Positions 1-14,042 of a stretch of DNA of 64,000 nucleotides are shown here, one piece after another (within the stretch, counting starts at the first letter, position 1; each line of letters opens with the position of its first letter). The notes beneath the pieces were generated by a model, which saw only the letters and a list, made by a program, of their open reading frames with translations, made no database searches and had not been told where the DNA came from. The position numbers were made by a program, and so were the translations under genes. Source of the DNA: Lama glama (Eukaryota); assembly GCA_028534125.1 (NCBI GenBank), contig CM052818.1, forward strand, positions 18,354,001 to 18,418,000. The letters run 5' to 3'.

Positions 1-479
1 CCATCAGACATGAATTTATTGATCAAAGGGGAAAAATGAATTGAAAACTAAGTGTTCATCCGAACTCCATTTCCTGAGTTATCCTGGGGTTATGGAGAGT
101 TTCAGCTACAGAGTTATCACCAATAATCCATCTCTGTAGATGGTCACTAGATCTTTTTAAGTGTCTTAAACTCAGAACCACTGGAACAATTTTGGCCATT
201 TTTGTTGCATGTCTTCTTTTCTATAAAGACCAGTGGTTTCAATGTGCATCTACAGACATTTGTAGATGGCCTGTAAGTATAGGGGCTTCAGGAACTCATA
301 CTATTGATATTAAATAATGCACTTGTATTGTTCTTATTGACAATCATAAATTCTTCCCTCTTTCAATTATGTAAATTTCTTACTCATTCGCTAAGAGAGA
401 GAGTGCCAGGTTGATGTCTGTATAATGTTAAATCAGTTAGGTTTGATGAACACAGCTAGTGAATGATTCCTTTTCTGTG

Positions 480-1930
480 TTTATCTCTTGACAGCACATA
501 ACACATTGCCTGGCCAGCTACACATCAAGCACTTTACATGTTCTGACACTGAGTGTTAAGGAAAAACATAATTTCCACTGTCATGCCATTCACAATCTAG
601 TTGAAGAAACAGGCTTTGACTAGATAGATAAACACAAAACAACATATAGTTCAGAATTCTGTTGAGCACTAATAAGGGAAAAGTGCCAAAAAGGATAGAC
701 TGCACTGGGAATAAATCAGGAACCTTAATTTAGATTGGCAATCAGGGTACTCTTCTCTGAAGAAATAACATTAGTAACTGAACCCTGAAGGGAGAGTTGA
801 GATTGGCCAGGTGAGAACTGGATGGTAAGCCTTCCAGATAGAGCATGTGCAAATACCTGGAGACAAGGGAGAATTTAGTGCATGTAAAGAACTGAAAGGA
901 AGTCACTGGTGCTGAGGTGAATTAGGGGAGATGAGGGGGCAAGAGTAGCCAGTAAGGAGTATAAGTTTTACTATGGGAAAGAACTAAAGGAAAGCAGAGG
1001 ACTAAAGCAATCTGATTTACATTTTTTCCAAACTCCTCCTCCTGTGTGCTGTATGGAGAACTGGTTAGAAAGGACAAGATGAAATGTATGGAAAGCAGGA
1101 GATTATCGCAGAAATCTAGAAAAAAAGTTGATGGTGGCTTGTACTAGAACGGTGTCAGTAGAGATGGAAAAACTTGTATGGCATCGATAAATATTCTGGA
1201 AATGGAATCTAAGAAGAACTTGAGATGGACTGGATGTTTGGAATGAGGGTGAAGAAGCCAAGTTTAATGTCACATTTCTAACAAACAATTGACAGATGGG
1301 AGGGCTATTTATGAAGAGGAATTAAGAAGGAGTAGTTTGGTGAAAGTGACGGGGGGAACTAGTTTAGTTTGCTATGTCAACAAGACATTCAGAAGAGAAT
1401 ATGTGAACTTTGATTAGAGATGGACTAGAGAAGTCAGAAGTCAAGTGTAAGCCTAGGATCTGTCATACTGACAGTACTTACAGCCATGGAAAATGAGACC
1501 TTCCCAGCAAGACCATAGAGAAAAAAGGCAGAAAGCTCAGAGTACAGATAGAGGAAGGGAAGTCAACAGCAAAAGAACTAAAAAGGAGTAACAGAGAAAG
1601 GGGAGGAATAGGAAAGGAACTAACAGAAGAGAGAGACTGGCAGAGAGCACTGAATTCTCCTGACAGGTCTAAACAATGAGACTTTAGATTGTTCATTAGA
1701 TTCACTGATTGTGGGTTGATGGATTTGGGGCGTGACAAAAATAGTTTCAGTGGAGAGATGTAGAATGGAAACAAATTGGAGCAGATGGCAGATGAATAGG
1801 ATACAAGGGAATGAAGACAGAATATGCAGGTAACTCTTTCTAGAAACTTTACTGTAAAAGGAGGACAAGATATAGGGCTGGGCTGCAACTGGAGACAGAT
1901 TTGGAGTCAAGGGAGAGAGCGATCATCAGT
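480..1930 (-). mobile_element. L2 (LINE2) remnant
   Basis: Purine-rich antisense L2-like text (e.g. gaaataacattagtaactgaaccctgaagg, ctgattgtgggttgatgg); boundaries approximate. Confidence 0.6.
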
Positions 1931-3174
1931 GAATCTATGTTAAATGTGAAATTCTGCACAATTCTGTCTTAGCCTACATGCTCCAAAAATATGTCTGAGC
2001 AAGAGCTTAACATGTAAGTAGTTTATTTTACATTCAAACCCGAGGAAAGAGATTGGATGGCTAAAAAGAAGAAAAGAAGGAATGAGGGAAAGCCAACTCA
2101 AGAGTGTATTATCAGCTGATTGCCACTGGAAACTGAGGCCCAGGTATGCTAGAGCCCCCTAAGGTGCCACTTAGAACACATTCAGAATTGCTCACACCAG
2201 GAATGGAAGAGTTCATCACCAGAAGAGTTGCCCCAACTCTCCTGTACCTCCTGATTTGCTCCATGCCCCAGAATGTTTGAGCAGACTCCTGTAAATGTCC
2301 CACTCAGAGGTGGTAGAAAAGCCCAAGATAGAAAATGAGAGCCCCCCAGTGTACCTGAGGCCAGCATCTGCTAAGTTAAATCTTTATGTAGCTGGTTGTT
2401 ATGGTAATCACTAGGGTGAAAGATGGAACAAGAGAATGTGAAGCAGGGCGCAGAGGTATCTGATATAATGTCTACCTTGATATTTATACATTCCACATCC
2501 TTTCTGGTCTGGAAAGATGAAATGGCTTGTGTCTAGTAGCTCATGCTAGAGTTGGCACGTACATTCTCCTGATTCCTGGCCTCTAGACCTCCCTGCCTCT
2601 GTTTAAGATTAATTACTCCAAGTAGCCGAGATATCTGACAACTAAATTAACTAAATAAGGGTTTTGATACATTCTTGGTGACAGACGCAAGAAGTGTTTT
2701 AGAAGCATCAACCAATTAACCTAACATTTTATGAGCACATACTGTATTCCCAATCTGCACACAGCTGTATAGATTGTCAAAGAATATTAAATCTGGTCCT
2801 TGCTTTGATGTCTCATTAAAAGAATTAAAGAAATACTGCACAGACACATGGGAAGAGATCTAAAAATAGTAGAAGGCTGGATATGATTAAATAACAAATG
2901 TGGACTAGGACAGTGTCAAGCTGGCAGATCTTTAGTTATGGCAGTGTTTCTGTTGGGAATGAGCAGAATGTGGTGGAGACCAGTCAGGAAAGCTATTTGT
3001 TCTGGAAAGAAACTTCAAACTCCAAATGCTAACAGAAGCTATCTCTGGTTAGTGATACTAGAGGTGATTTTTACTTTCTTCTGTAGATGTTTCTGTATTT
3101 TTCATAGGTCTCACAATAAATATGTATTACTTTTATAGTCAAAGAATGTATTTTTTAAAATAACCAAAGGATTT

Positions 3175-3795
3175 AGCAACTAGAACTCTCATGCATGGCT
3201 GATGAGAATGCAAAATAGGACAGTGGCTTTGCAGTTTCTAATAAAGTTAAACATACACTTAACAGCAACCTAGCAATCTCATTTGTAGGTACTTACTCCC
3301 TCCCTCCCTTCCTGTCTCTCACTCTCTCTCACACACATAAAATACACAAATGTTTAAAGCAGGTTTTTCTATAACCACAAAAACTGGAAACAACCTAATT
3401 GATGAATGAATAAACAAACTGTGGTATATGCATACAATAGAAGACTAATTGACAGTATAAAAAAAACGCAGCATCACAGCATGAATACTGATACATACAA
3501 TAACATGAAACAATCTCAAATGCATTACACCATATGAAAGAAGTTCCATAATAGATGGTTGCACTGATAGGACATTTTGGAAGAAGCAAAATTATAGAAA
3601 CTGATCAGTGCTTGGTAGGGGTAGGAATAAGAAGGAGAGAGAACTACAAAGGGATAACGCTGTGATTTAGAGGGTGATGCAACTGTGCTGTATCTTGAGT
3701 GTGCTGGTGGTTAAACAGCATTTTATGCTTATGTTAACTCAGATCTCTACACAAAATAGAGTTTATTTTCCAGCGTGAAAAAAAATTTTAAGTAA
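3175..3795 (+). mobile_element. Old L1 (L1MC/ME-type) 3' fragment
   Basis: gcaactagaactctcat, aaactggaaacaacc, ataaacaaactgtggtatatgcatacaatag: L1 ORF2-end/3'UTR hallmarks. Confidence 0.75.
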
Positions 3796-4224
3796 ATAAC
3801 ACAACAAATTCTTAATAGAAGCATGTTAACAGCTCTTTCCCACGAATGAAAAATAAAGGGAGATCATCTCAAGGGCTGTGGAAATAATAAAAAGAAGAAT
3901 TGACCTAGATGGGTTCTGTGTGGATCACTGGAAACCAACAATGAGCAAAATATCTGAGAACCATTACAGAGAATTCAGAGGCAGAATTCACTGACTCTCT
4001 GAGTACAGAAGCAGAGAACAAGACACTGAAGTCCACTGCAGAATCATAAACCCAAAAAGACACGTGATCTTTCACAATGATGAGTGTACCAGCGAAGGTA
4101 CTTTAGCTTGCAAGCAATCAAGACCCACTGTGTCTTAGGTAAGCCCCACAGAGAAAAGAGAAAGGGATGTGGGGAGGTACTGGAAGGATTCTAAGTAACT
4201 CACAGGAGCGAGAGAAGTGCTGAA

Positions 4225-4770
4225 CAATAGTGTGTCAGACAACTTGCATGTGTCAACTTGAAAATCTCCTTCACCACTGCTGTGGCCGCCAGTTCCACCC
4301 AAATTTCAACCAGCTTAATGTAGCTTAATTTCAGCTGGACAACACCTAGCCTGGCCTTGCGTACCGCCCTTTCCAGTCCTGGGACTTCAATTCCACCGTA
4401 AGAGATGCCTGGTAGGAACTTGCTTGACACTTACAAGTGTGCAAGTCAGAGTGGAACGTTAATACCACAGGGACACATTCAAACAACAGGAAGTAGGAGT
4501 CTATGGATAAATCCCTCCCCTTCTCCCCTATTCAGAGCGAGAGTTCTGATACCCACTTTGAAAATCTCCTAAATCAAGTCCTTGGCATTAAGGACCAGTC
4601 ACCAGTAGTGGCGGGGAATTCAACAATTTAATCTCATATGGATGATCTTTCCTCCATCTCTGTTTCATTCCTCCTGTCCCAAACTCACTGAACTCATACT
4701 ATCAAATATACTACCTACAAGCTAGCACTTATCTCAGGCTCTGATTCCTGGGGAACCCAGGCCAAGACGA
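4225..4770 (+). mobile_element. ERVL LTR remnant (LTR16-like)
   Basis: Ends in ctcaggctctgattcctggggaacccaggccaagac, typical of LTR16-family 3' ends; start approximate. Confidence 0.5.
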
Positions 4771-5301
4771 GCAGGCCTTGGGAAGGAGCCAATATAGTTC
4801 TGGAAATTTCAGCTGTAGAATTGTATGGACTATCTCTTAAGAGTGAAGGCATCAGTGGACTCATCTCTATCCAGCTCCTTCCCAGGAGAGTCTGATGGGC
4901 CCAGCCTGGTCACATGCATGCTCTGGGATCAAAGGGTATGGAACTCATGCCCTAATCTCAACAGAATCACTTGCAGAGGAGAAGAGGCAGTTCTTCAAAG
5001 AGTATGAAGAGGCTGGAAATAGGAAATGATTTAGGAAAAATTTGCTATCTAGTTGCAATGTGCTTTTGGATCATGTTAACATATCTTTAAAAAAAAAAGG
5101 TATGTATTGTGACATATTAGTACAGCTATGTGTCTGAAGTTTAAGTTTCTTTTCCCTACACAATCAATAGCTTACTGGACCCTGGTTAGAGCCTTAAAAT
5201 AGAAAATATAAGCATGATTCAGGTATATTATGGGATTGTCTGGTAGGTTTTTCTGAAAGCTCAAAATTGATATTTTTATATTTGGAAAGCTTAGGCTCTA
5301 G

Positions 5302-5430
<129 letters not shown>

Positions 5431-6477
5431 TAAGTTTGAAGAGCGGTTACCAACCCTTTACTCACCAACTGTCTTGCCCAACAGCCTCTCGGCCTGTAAT
5501 ATGCACTGTTAAGTCAGTATTCTCCAAATATGCTGCTCTGGGTGAGCAGAGGGAGGAAGGCCAACAGCAAGTGTCCTTGGTTTTACCTGAAGGCCAGCTA
5601 GTCTCAGATTGGAGGAAGCCAGTGAACTCCTCAATAAGACAGTTGTCAACAGAGCCAACTTGTAGCAAATCAGGAAGTCTCTCCTTCCTTCACTATGTAG
5701 TGCCTTACATACCTCCCCCCACCAACTCCCCCTTCCTCTCTTCTTCCCTCCAGAATTCCTATGCTGCCCTAGGCATAAAGAAACCACCTGACAAATTCAC
5801 ACCCACGTGTTAATGACAATACATTTGCCTTTTCCCAAGGTATCTGTATCTTGAAAGAGGCAGCAAAAAGGCAACGTGTAAAGGCAAGTTCATTTTCAAT
5901 AGTGAAATTGTAAGAATCTGGACAGACGCAAAGGGAAGAGGTCGGGAAAGGATGAAATGAACTAAGAAACGAAGGAGAGAGAATGAGAGAGAAAAACAGA
6001 GAATCTTCCCAAATTTCTCAAATTGTTCCAAGCAGTTTAGTCCTTTTACTTTTATGTTAGACTGGACCCAACAGGGAAGCTTGAGAGGATGGGGAAGTGG
6101 ATACAAACAGAAAGAGAAAAACCAATGGTAACATTTTTCTGTGACCCAAGGAAAACAGAGAAGGGAAACTAGATGTACCAAGGGGATTGAGACGGAGGAA
6201 GATGAAGGTCCAACTAAAGTGAACAGAGAAGTTTGGGATGGAGACGAAAGGTCAGCTTAAGTGTCTTTGTCCTGTTGAGCTGGTACCAACAGCAAAAGCA
6301 AAGATAGTAAATGAGTATGTTAGAACCTTAGCACAGTGAGATTAGCAAAGAAAACTTTCAGAGTGGGAAGAGACTGCATGTCTGCAATTCCATTTTTAAG
6401 AAGAACTGATATACTCAAGATAAATTAGATACCATTTACTTCCCAGACTTTGACCTCATCACCCTTCAGAACAATAA

Positions 6478-6666
<189 letters not shown>

Positions 6667-7817
6667 TAAGTAAAGAAAAAGAAAATCCAATGGAGTAACA
6701 TTTGGTTTTTCATTTAATGATTTCTTTCTCACAATGGCATGCTCTTTTCTGGTTTAGGTAACCATGGCATTCCACCATCCCAGTTTCTCTCTTGTTCTGA
6801 GTTTTTCTCTCCTTTTACATCTTTACGTTTCAGAATCACAACATGAAGCCCTGTTAATAATTTGTGATTCTGTGGTGCGATTCGAGTATTTAAAATTGCT
6901 CTTTGAATGCTGGTCTCCTGTGATGCAACATCTGTTCTGAGGGACAGAATAACTTATGCATCAATAAAGCTAGTTATTGCCTGGCCAGGCTTTTGTTGCC
7001 CAAAGAAAAAGATCAAGAGGGAGTCTGAATCAAGGAGATATGGATATTCCCTCATAACCAAGCCAAGCAGCCCTGTTCAGCCCCATGCTGAGCACAAGAT
7101 GACTTCTCATTTTCTTGGAACAGTCACTTTTTTTTTTTTTTATAACAAGCTTGAGTTACTCCCTTTAACTTTTGGGAAAGTTTTAAACTGTAGTCTGCAT
7201 CGTTGATGAACTACCTTGAGTTTGCGTCAGTAGCCTGCCTGGCAGTTCATCCCTTTTCAAAAATGGCCAGGGAAGAGGGCACAAGGGGTTATCTACATGT
7301 TTTGGGGATTCATGGAAGTTAGATGCACAGAATGATATTTGGGACACTGGTAACTGCAATTACACCTGTAAGGAAAGTATTTCATCTTTATATTTCACAA
7401 ATTGTGGTGTTTTTTAAAAATAGACGTGTCTGTGTTTTAATATGCCAATATGTAAGGTTTAATATGCCAATACAAAAGGTAAGTTCTAGTCCAGGAAGAA
7501 TTTAAGTTCTTTTTAAAGCAGTAATATGAGCCAGAGACCCAGCTGCACTTAAAAAAAAAAAAAAAAGAGGAGGGGGTTGGTGGCGAGGGCAGAGAGAAAT
7601 AGTAGGCAGATGAGGACATAGTAAAGAATAAAGCTAAGCACAATATTTGATGTAAATTTATTTCAGAGAACAAAAAAGATTTGAGAGAGACTAGCAGAGA
7701 AACAGGATGTGTGAAGGAAAATAAAATCAAAGGCATGTATCCAATGTACACAGTATTAGGACAAAAATTGTAGGTAATACCTAATCCTTTCACTTAAGAT
7801 GCTCATGATATTCGAAA

Positions 7818-7819
<2 letters not shown>

Positions 7820-7853
<34 letters not shown>
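7820..7853. repeat. (TG)17 microsatellite, intron 6
   Basis: Directly visible. Confidence 0.97.
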
Positions 7854-7857
<4 letters not shown>

Positions 7858-9943
7858 CGTGCTGGAATAAGGTGATGGGGGTGTGAGAAGTATGAGAGAA
7901 AGGGAAAGCCAAAGAAATAAGCTAACTAAAATACAAGCACTATGAAATTTGTGCAAAATAAAAGTACTTGTTCTAAGCGTAAAGAAGGAATCATGTGATA
8001 TGAGGGGAGGGTTGAAGGAAGAGCTCAAAGAGGGAAGGCAGGCAGCTGAGAGAGGAGGTTGGATCAAGGATGGGTCTTAGAAGGTGAGTGGGATTTAGCC
8101 ACCTTGTGGGCAGAAGACAAGCAGAGGAAACACTAGCATCAGGGCCAAGAAGTTTAAAAAAAAATGATAAAAAGGAACTTTGGATAATGGTGAATACCTG
8201 AGTAATACCAGCCTGGTGGGTTTTAACACAAACACAATAGGGAAAGGATTCCTGGGCCACACCATGGAGGGAGAAGGTCCATGATAAATAAATGGCATCA
8301 GTTACACCTGGTTGCTTGTGCTTCTGTAAACCTTGCTCTCAACACAGGTGTCATTTTAAATAGAGTGATTCAGAATTAATGTAATAATGCAGAACATTAC
8401 GTAGAAAATATATGAGTGGGAACCTGAAATTAATATAATGTTAGACATCAATTATCACAATTTTTTAAAAAGTGGGCATGTGCTAATACTCTCATAGTTC
8501 CACACATTCACACACATCCACTTTGTCCAGAACACAAGACAGAAGGCAAGTCGTCCTGACCTACCTAGTCTTAACTCTTCCCAAGTGGGGGAAAAGAATT
8601 TGAGGAAGTGAGTGCCGTTGACAGTCTCGCAAACCCAAACCTACAAAAGATGCGTGGAGGTCATAGCTTTCTTCACTGACTCCTGTTCATGGACACTGTG
8701 TGCTTCCCCAGAGTTTAGAACAGACTCTCCTAGCAAGGACAGCTTTCCTAAGAGCCAACACTTCTCAGACATGTCACTATAAAGGACAAATTCACATTTG
8801 TGAAACAGGACCCATTTTTTTTTTAACTCAGATGGCCCTTAATTAGAAAACCCACATTCACTACAATTTAAGTCTCCGATTGTTCTTAGCTTGGGTGCTC
8901 TGTCTGGATGCAGGGGTACTTTGTCCCCCTAGGGACATCCTAGGGTACTCAGGAAAACAAACAAAAAGAGCCTGCCAAAATGGCTCTCATACCTGAAAAA
9001 GCTTTCTATGCACTGACATTTTCTAAAATCCCAAAGCCCTGTTCGTTCTATACATATATTAAAAAAAAAAAAAGACAGCCCAGCAATGAAGAATTATCAG
9101 ACACTGGTAATGAGGTAATGAGGGAAATGAGAAATAAAAACTTACCATAAGGAAACCACTGAGCCCTTCCCCACCCTCTGCCCCCAACCCTCCAGCCATA
9201 AAGTCTGAACAGGGTAGTACCCAGCTATGGCCGACCAGCAGATGGACTCATTCAGAAGGAATAAAACGAGGTTACACGGTGCCAGCTTCCAGCACGCCCC
9301 GGCCACAAGGAACTGCTCACTTCATGCGTGTTTCGTCCCTTCCTCACTTGGCTTCCATCTCACGTGCCTGCCCCAGAACCTTCATTCATTAGGGTGAGGG
9401 CAGACTCTGCTTTACGGACCTCCTGAGACTTCACTGAGTGAAGACACTAAGTGAACACACTAGGGAAGGGACAAAAAAAGATTAAGGAAAATCATGATTC
9501 AGTTATTCCTTAGCTGACGCTCTGCCCTGTTTGTCATCATCATCGTCATGAGGTTGGTTTTAAAACCAGCATTACCTCTCTTAAAAGAGTAGGCATGCAT
9601 TTAGTAAACATCGGTTTCCCTGTTAGCATTTTGAGAGTCCTACTGCCTAACATAAACTCCGGGGCAGGAATTCTGGACATAATTTGTTTTTTTGCAGAAT
9701 GATCCATTGTTGACATGGAAAATTTCACTCCCTCCCCATAGGATGGTATCTATTAAGAAAATCTATAAAGACAAAGGGCTACTTTGAATACAGAAATTAT
9801 TTTAAATTAGTTTGTATTTTATTTAATCATAGCAACATTTTATTTGCAGGACATAAATGTGCAGAAAATACTAATTATCTAGTCTATCGAAGAATGAATA
9901 GGCAGAGGCCATACAGATTTGCACACTGCTTTTGTTGGAGTAA

Positions 9944-10290
9944 GCATTGGACAACTACAGCCCATGAGCCAAATCCAGTCCATGACCTAAGCTGGTTTTT
10001 GTAAGTGAACATTTTAATGACAGAGAACACACTGAACCTAAATTAAGCAGAATGTGACCCTGAACAACAGAAAAAAATCCATTCTTTTTAATAATAGGCC
10101 TACGTTACAAAAAAGAGAAAATTGTACTCACTTATTACATGTTAAATTTTGTCAATAAAAGATTTCATGGGAATTGTTTTATAAGCACCTATGTAAGGGA
10201 CCTGTGTAGTATTCTCCATTTTGCTTCTTGGTCCACAAAACCTAAAATTTACTGTTGGGCTCTTCACAGAAAAAGTTTGCTGAGCCCTGT
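9944..10290. mobile_element. hAT-Charlie (MER58-like) DNA transposon remnant
   Basis: Ends caactacagcccatgagccaaatcc and aaaaagtttgctgagccctg. Confidence 0.6.
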
Positions 10291-11556
10291 GTTTGAACTA
10301 AAACCCCCAGGGATCCACATCCCACAGGTTAGGGGCAGCTGCTCCAGCAACTGTCACCACCCGAAGATAAGGTGACCAGTCAGTTTCAGGGACAAATGGG
10401 TAGGAATGGGGCAGGCAGGATGTAGGGGTGGCCATCCGAATCCAGTCATAGGTTGCTCATGTTTTAAAAGATGTGCACTACTTCCATCAGGACTTTTAGC
10501 TCACTGGCTTCCAGGAGGGAGAAAAACACATACAGTTGTTCTCCTGTGATTTTAAGCATCTCGAGCTACTCCTCGCAGCACCCGGAATAGTTGATGTCCC
10601 CCACACACAGGAGCTTCTCTGGGATTAGCCTTTGGAACAGTGTCATTTGCAAATCCACTGAGCCTGACGAGGAAAAGGACCTGACAGCAAATCAAGACCA
10701 AGTGATCAGAGGCTCTTCAAGCAGGCTAAGCTCTCCCGACCTTGGAATTCTGTTTTTGTGTTCAGATCCATCCAGGAGCACCTCAAAGCAGAGCTATCAG
10801 CCCAAGGTGTCCTTGGGCTGCCCTATCCAGGCCAGTCTGCCCACTGACCTTCTCTGCACCATCAGGGTGACTGTTCCACATCCAGCCCCACTGCCCCCGG
10901 AGCCTCCTCCCGTGCCTACTCACACCGCCTCACCCTGCCACAGCCCACAGTCTGTCTAATTGATTTCTCTTCCTTTCTGGTTTAACCCAGAGCCACCTCC
11001 ACAAACCTCCAATAACCAGGTCCGTATGGGTCACAGAAGATGTTCAGGTTGTCTGACAGCTTAATTAGATCACTTTTGATGAGTTAGGCCTGATGCTGTG
11101 AATAAGCATGGGTGAGAGATTTGAGGCCTTAGAGAAAGGTGGTACAAAATGTTTTTTCTTTGTCTTATGAACACTTGTTCAATAATGGTATGGTTTCTGT
11201 CCTTCAGGATGAGAAAGATCTCTGCCTGCTCCCCCCACAGCACTGTCTGCACACGAATGATGTGTGCAAAGTCCCTCCGGGATCCAAGCTGCTCTGCCTA
11301 AGTGTGCCTTTTCAAAATTACATTTCGTTTCTCTGAATAAGCAATACATGAACATAATGCAAACTGCCAATGTTACAAGATGTTGTACAGTGATAAATCA
11401 GTCTCCCTCCCAACCCTGTCCCGGAGTCTTAAGGGTGGTATTTGATTTATGCCACTAACCTGTGCTGTCTGACCTTGCCCCAGTGCTTCCAATTATGAGA
11501 TCCCTGTATTGTTTGCATCTGACTTTATTGGTTTTTTAATGGATCTTTTATTTCAG

Positions 11557-11625
11557 ATGGCTGAGTAAGAATGGGATTCAAGAAATACACAACTGTGCAT
11601 TCAATGGAACCCAACTAGATGAGCT
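11557..11625 (+). CDS. FSHR: FSHR exon 7 (69 bp)
   Basis: tttcag|A...CT|gtaagt; translates WLSKNGIQEIHNCAFNGTQLDE(L), including the conserved AFNGT glycosylation motif. Confidence 0.97.
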
Positions 11626-11685
11626 GTAAGTAGCCCTGACTCTTCTTCCAGGCCATTTAGAGGGAAATGGCTCTTACAACAGTGA

Positions 11686-11811
<126 letters not shown>

Positions 11812-12009
11812 TGAGTAGCCTCCCTCATTTCCATGTGAGAGATCAGCATCTCTAAGTTAGAAGTCCACTTTCTCTAATTCAGGGACACTTCCAAGACAGG
11901 GATGGCTATTAAGATTAAATTTTATTTGTGTCATCTGCAAAGATTTATAGGACAATTTAGGGCTGATCCACATTCTAACTTTCACTAAAATAACAACAAT
12001 AATAATAAC

Positions 12010-12245
12010 AACTAACATTCAGTGAGCACTTACCAAGTCTCAGATAGTCTTTTAAAAGCTTAAGATGCATTTTCTAATTTAATCATTACCATAACCTCTG
12101 TGGTAGGGGCCATTATCTTCATTTTAGAGGAGAAAAAACTAGCTTCCCTGGAGGGGTTAAGTCACCCAACGTCGTGGAAATTGTAGAGCACAGATTTAAC
12201 AGAAAACTAGTCTGATTCACAGTACAGACCCTTAACCACTCTCTA
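12010..12245 (-). mobile_element. MIR SINE
   Basis: actaacattcagtgagcacttacc...ttcattttagaggagaaaaaact...gttaagtca. Confidence 0.7.
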
Positions 12246-12902
12246 TACATCTCTTCCCTGAAAGGGAAAGCAAAGTTCTCCTTCATCTCCCTCCATGTCC
12301 AGGAGTGTCCCTCAGTGCAGTGAGATACATACATGCATTCATTTCTGGATCCTCTTTGCTTCGATTCTAGATCTCTTGGGATGCATTCAGTGCCTCGTAG
12401 CCCTGCATCAGCATCTCTCCTCCTATTGTTGCTTCCTCATCTCCATTTCTCTCACCAAGAGTGGCTTTCCCCAATTCTCATCTGCCCCATCCTTCCACAA
12501 GAGTCATTCTCACCCCTGCCTTCCCCCATGACAACCTCAGCCAACAGTGAATTCCACCTCCTGGGACTCCCATAGCTTTCAGGGCTGTGGGGGCGAAATC
12601 TGCACGAGCTTTTTTAAAAGGTGTTCTCCTTGGCTGTAAGCAAGACCTACTACATCTATTGACAAATGTACTGCAGGAAGAGGAATCCAGAAGGGAGGAG
12701 TAAGATACAAGAAGAAATGGTGAGTAAGTAAATAGATAAACATGTGAATAAATCTAAAGGTTTGCTAGATGACCCTCCAAAGCCTAAGGTCAGGTCGGGC
12801 ATTTGGGAGCCACCAACCTGCACCTCTTATTTGGCAGTGAGTATATAGGTTACCTACCTGCCGACCTACCATCTATCACCATAATTTTCATAAAAACTTA
12901 CA

Positions 12903-13118
12903 CCGTTGACCTTTGAACAAAATGGGTTTGAACTGCGTCAGTCTATTTATATGTGAAGTTTTTTCAGGAAATATATACTATCTGCAGTTGGTTGAATCCC
13001 TGATGCAGAACTGTGGATGAGGAGATAAGGAGGGCAGGGCTAGGGAACTCGAGCATCCACGAATTCTGACATCTGCGGCGGGTCCTGGAACCAATCCCCC
13101 ACGGACACCAAGGGGTGA
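12903..13118. mobile_element. Tigger-derived MITE (MER2 group, MER8-like)
   Basis: ccgttgacctttgaacaa...tttgaactgcg start and gggtcctggaaccaatcccccacggacaccaaggg end. Confidence 0.7.
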
Positions 13119-13859
13119 ATATGTTCTCCTTCAGGTTGGAACCCATGCATTCTCTCTTTGAGATCCTGTATGGTAAAGGAGAAACTCCATAGATGGTTCT
13201 TTGTGATAAAGGATATGTTTTGACCCTTATAAGACTATTCAAGAATGCCTGGTTTGAGATGGGCAATAGATACAAAAGAAGGACATGATCAGCTTGATTA
13301 AAGCAGAGATATCAGAGCAAACAACCACAGATTAAAACCAGTTCTCTCACCTCTCTAGGCCTCAGTTTCCTCACCTAAAAGAAGCAAAAACAGCAATCCC
13401 TATTTCCTAATATTGTTTGAAGCTTAATAATATTATATATTCTTATAAGGGGGAGTCAGACGATATAACTAAATATGCAACTTAATATAGCAGGTCACCA
13501 TGTACACTATGAAGCACCACTTAGGGCACCGGGGTAACGAATGGGGAGCCCCAGGCCCACAGTCCCCTTGGGCAAATACAGCTGTGATGTAGATATTGCA
13601 TGCAGAAGGCTTACTGGGGAGTGCTTGATGGAAGGAGAATCAGGCTCCGTGGGAAGCTGAACTAGAATGCATTTGCAATGCAAGTTCCAGCTGATCCCAC
13701 AGGGAGCTCTGGAGCTAAGATGGCCCTTCGAAGTTGTACTGAATTAAGGCAAGGGGCCAGCCCTCTTCATCAGCAGTCATCTGGTGCAAGGCTTTCGGTG
13801 GGGGGCAGGGCAGTTCCCAGAGTAGACCCCAGCGTGCATGGTCCTCCAATGCCCTCAAG

Positions 13860-14042
13860 CAGTGGTTCTAAATTTGATCATGTATCGGAATCACCTAGCA
13901 TGCTGGCAAAACCCTAATGGCTGATCTCCACCCCCAGAATTTTTGATTCAGTAGGTCGGGGTGGGCCTGAGAATCTGTATCTCTAATAACTTTCCAGGTG
14001 AAGCTGATGTTACTGGTCCAGAATGCACACTAAGAACCACTG
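13860..14042. mobile_element. MER5A-type hAT-Charlie MITE
   Basis: Terminal inverted repeats cagtggttct...agaaccactg; internal tgattcagtaggtcggggtgggcctgagaatctg. Confidence 0.85.
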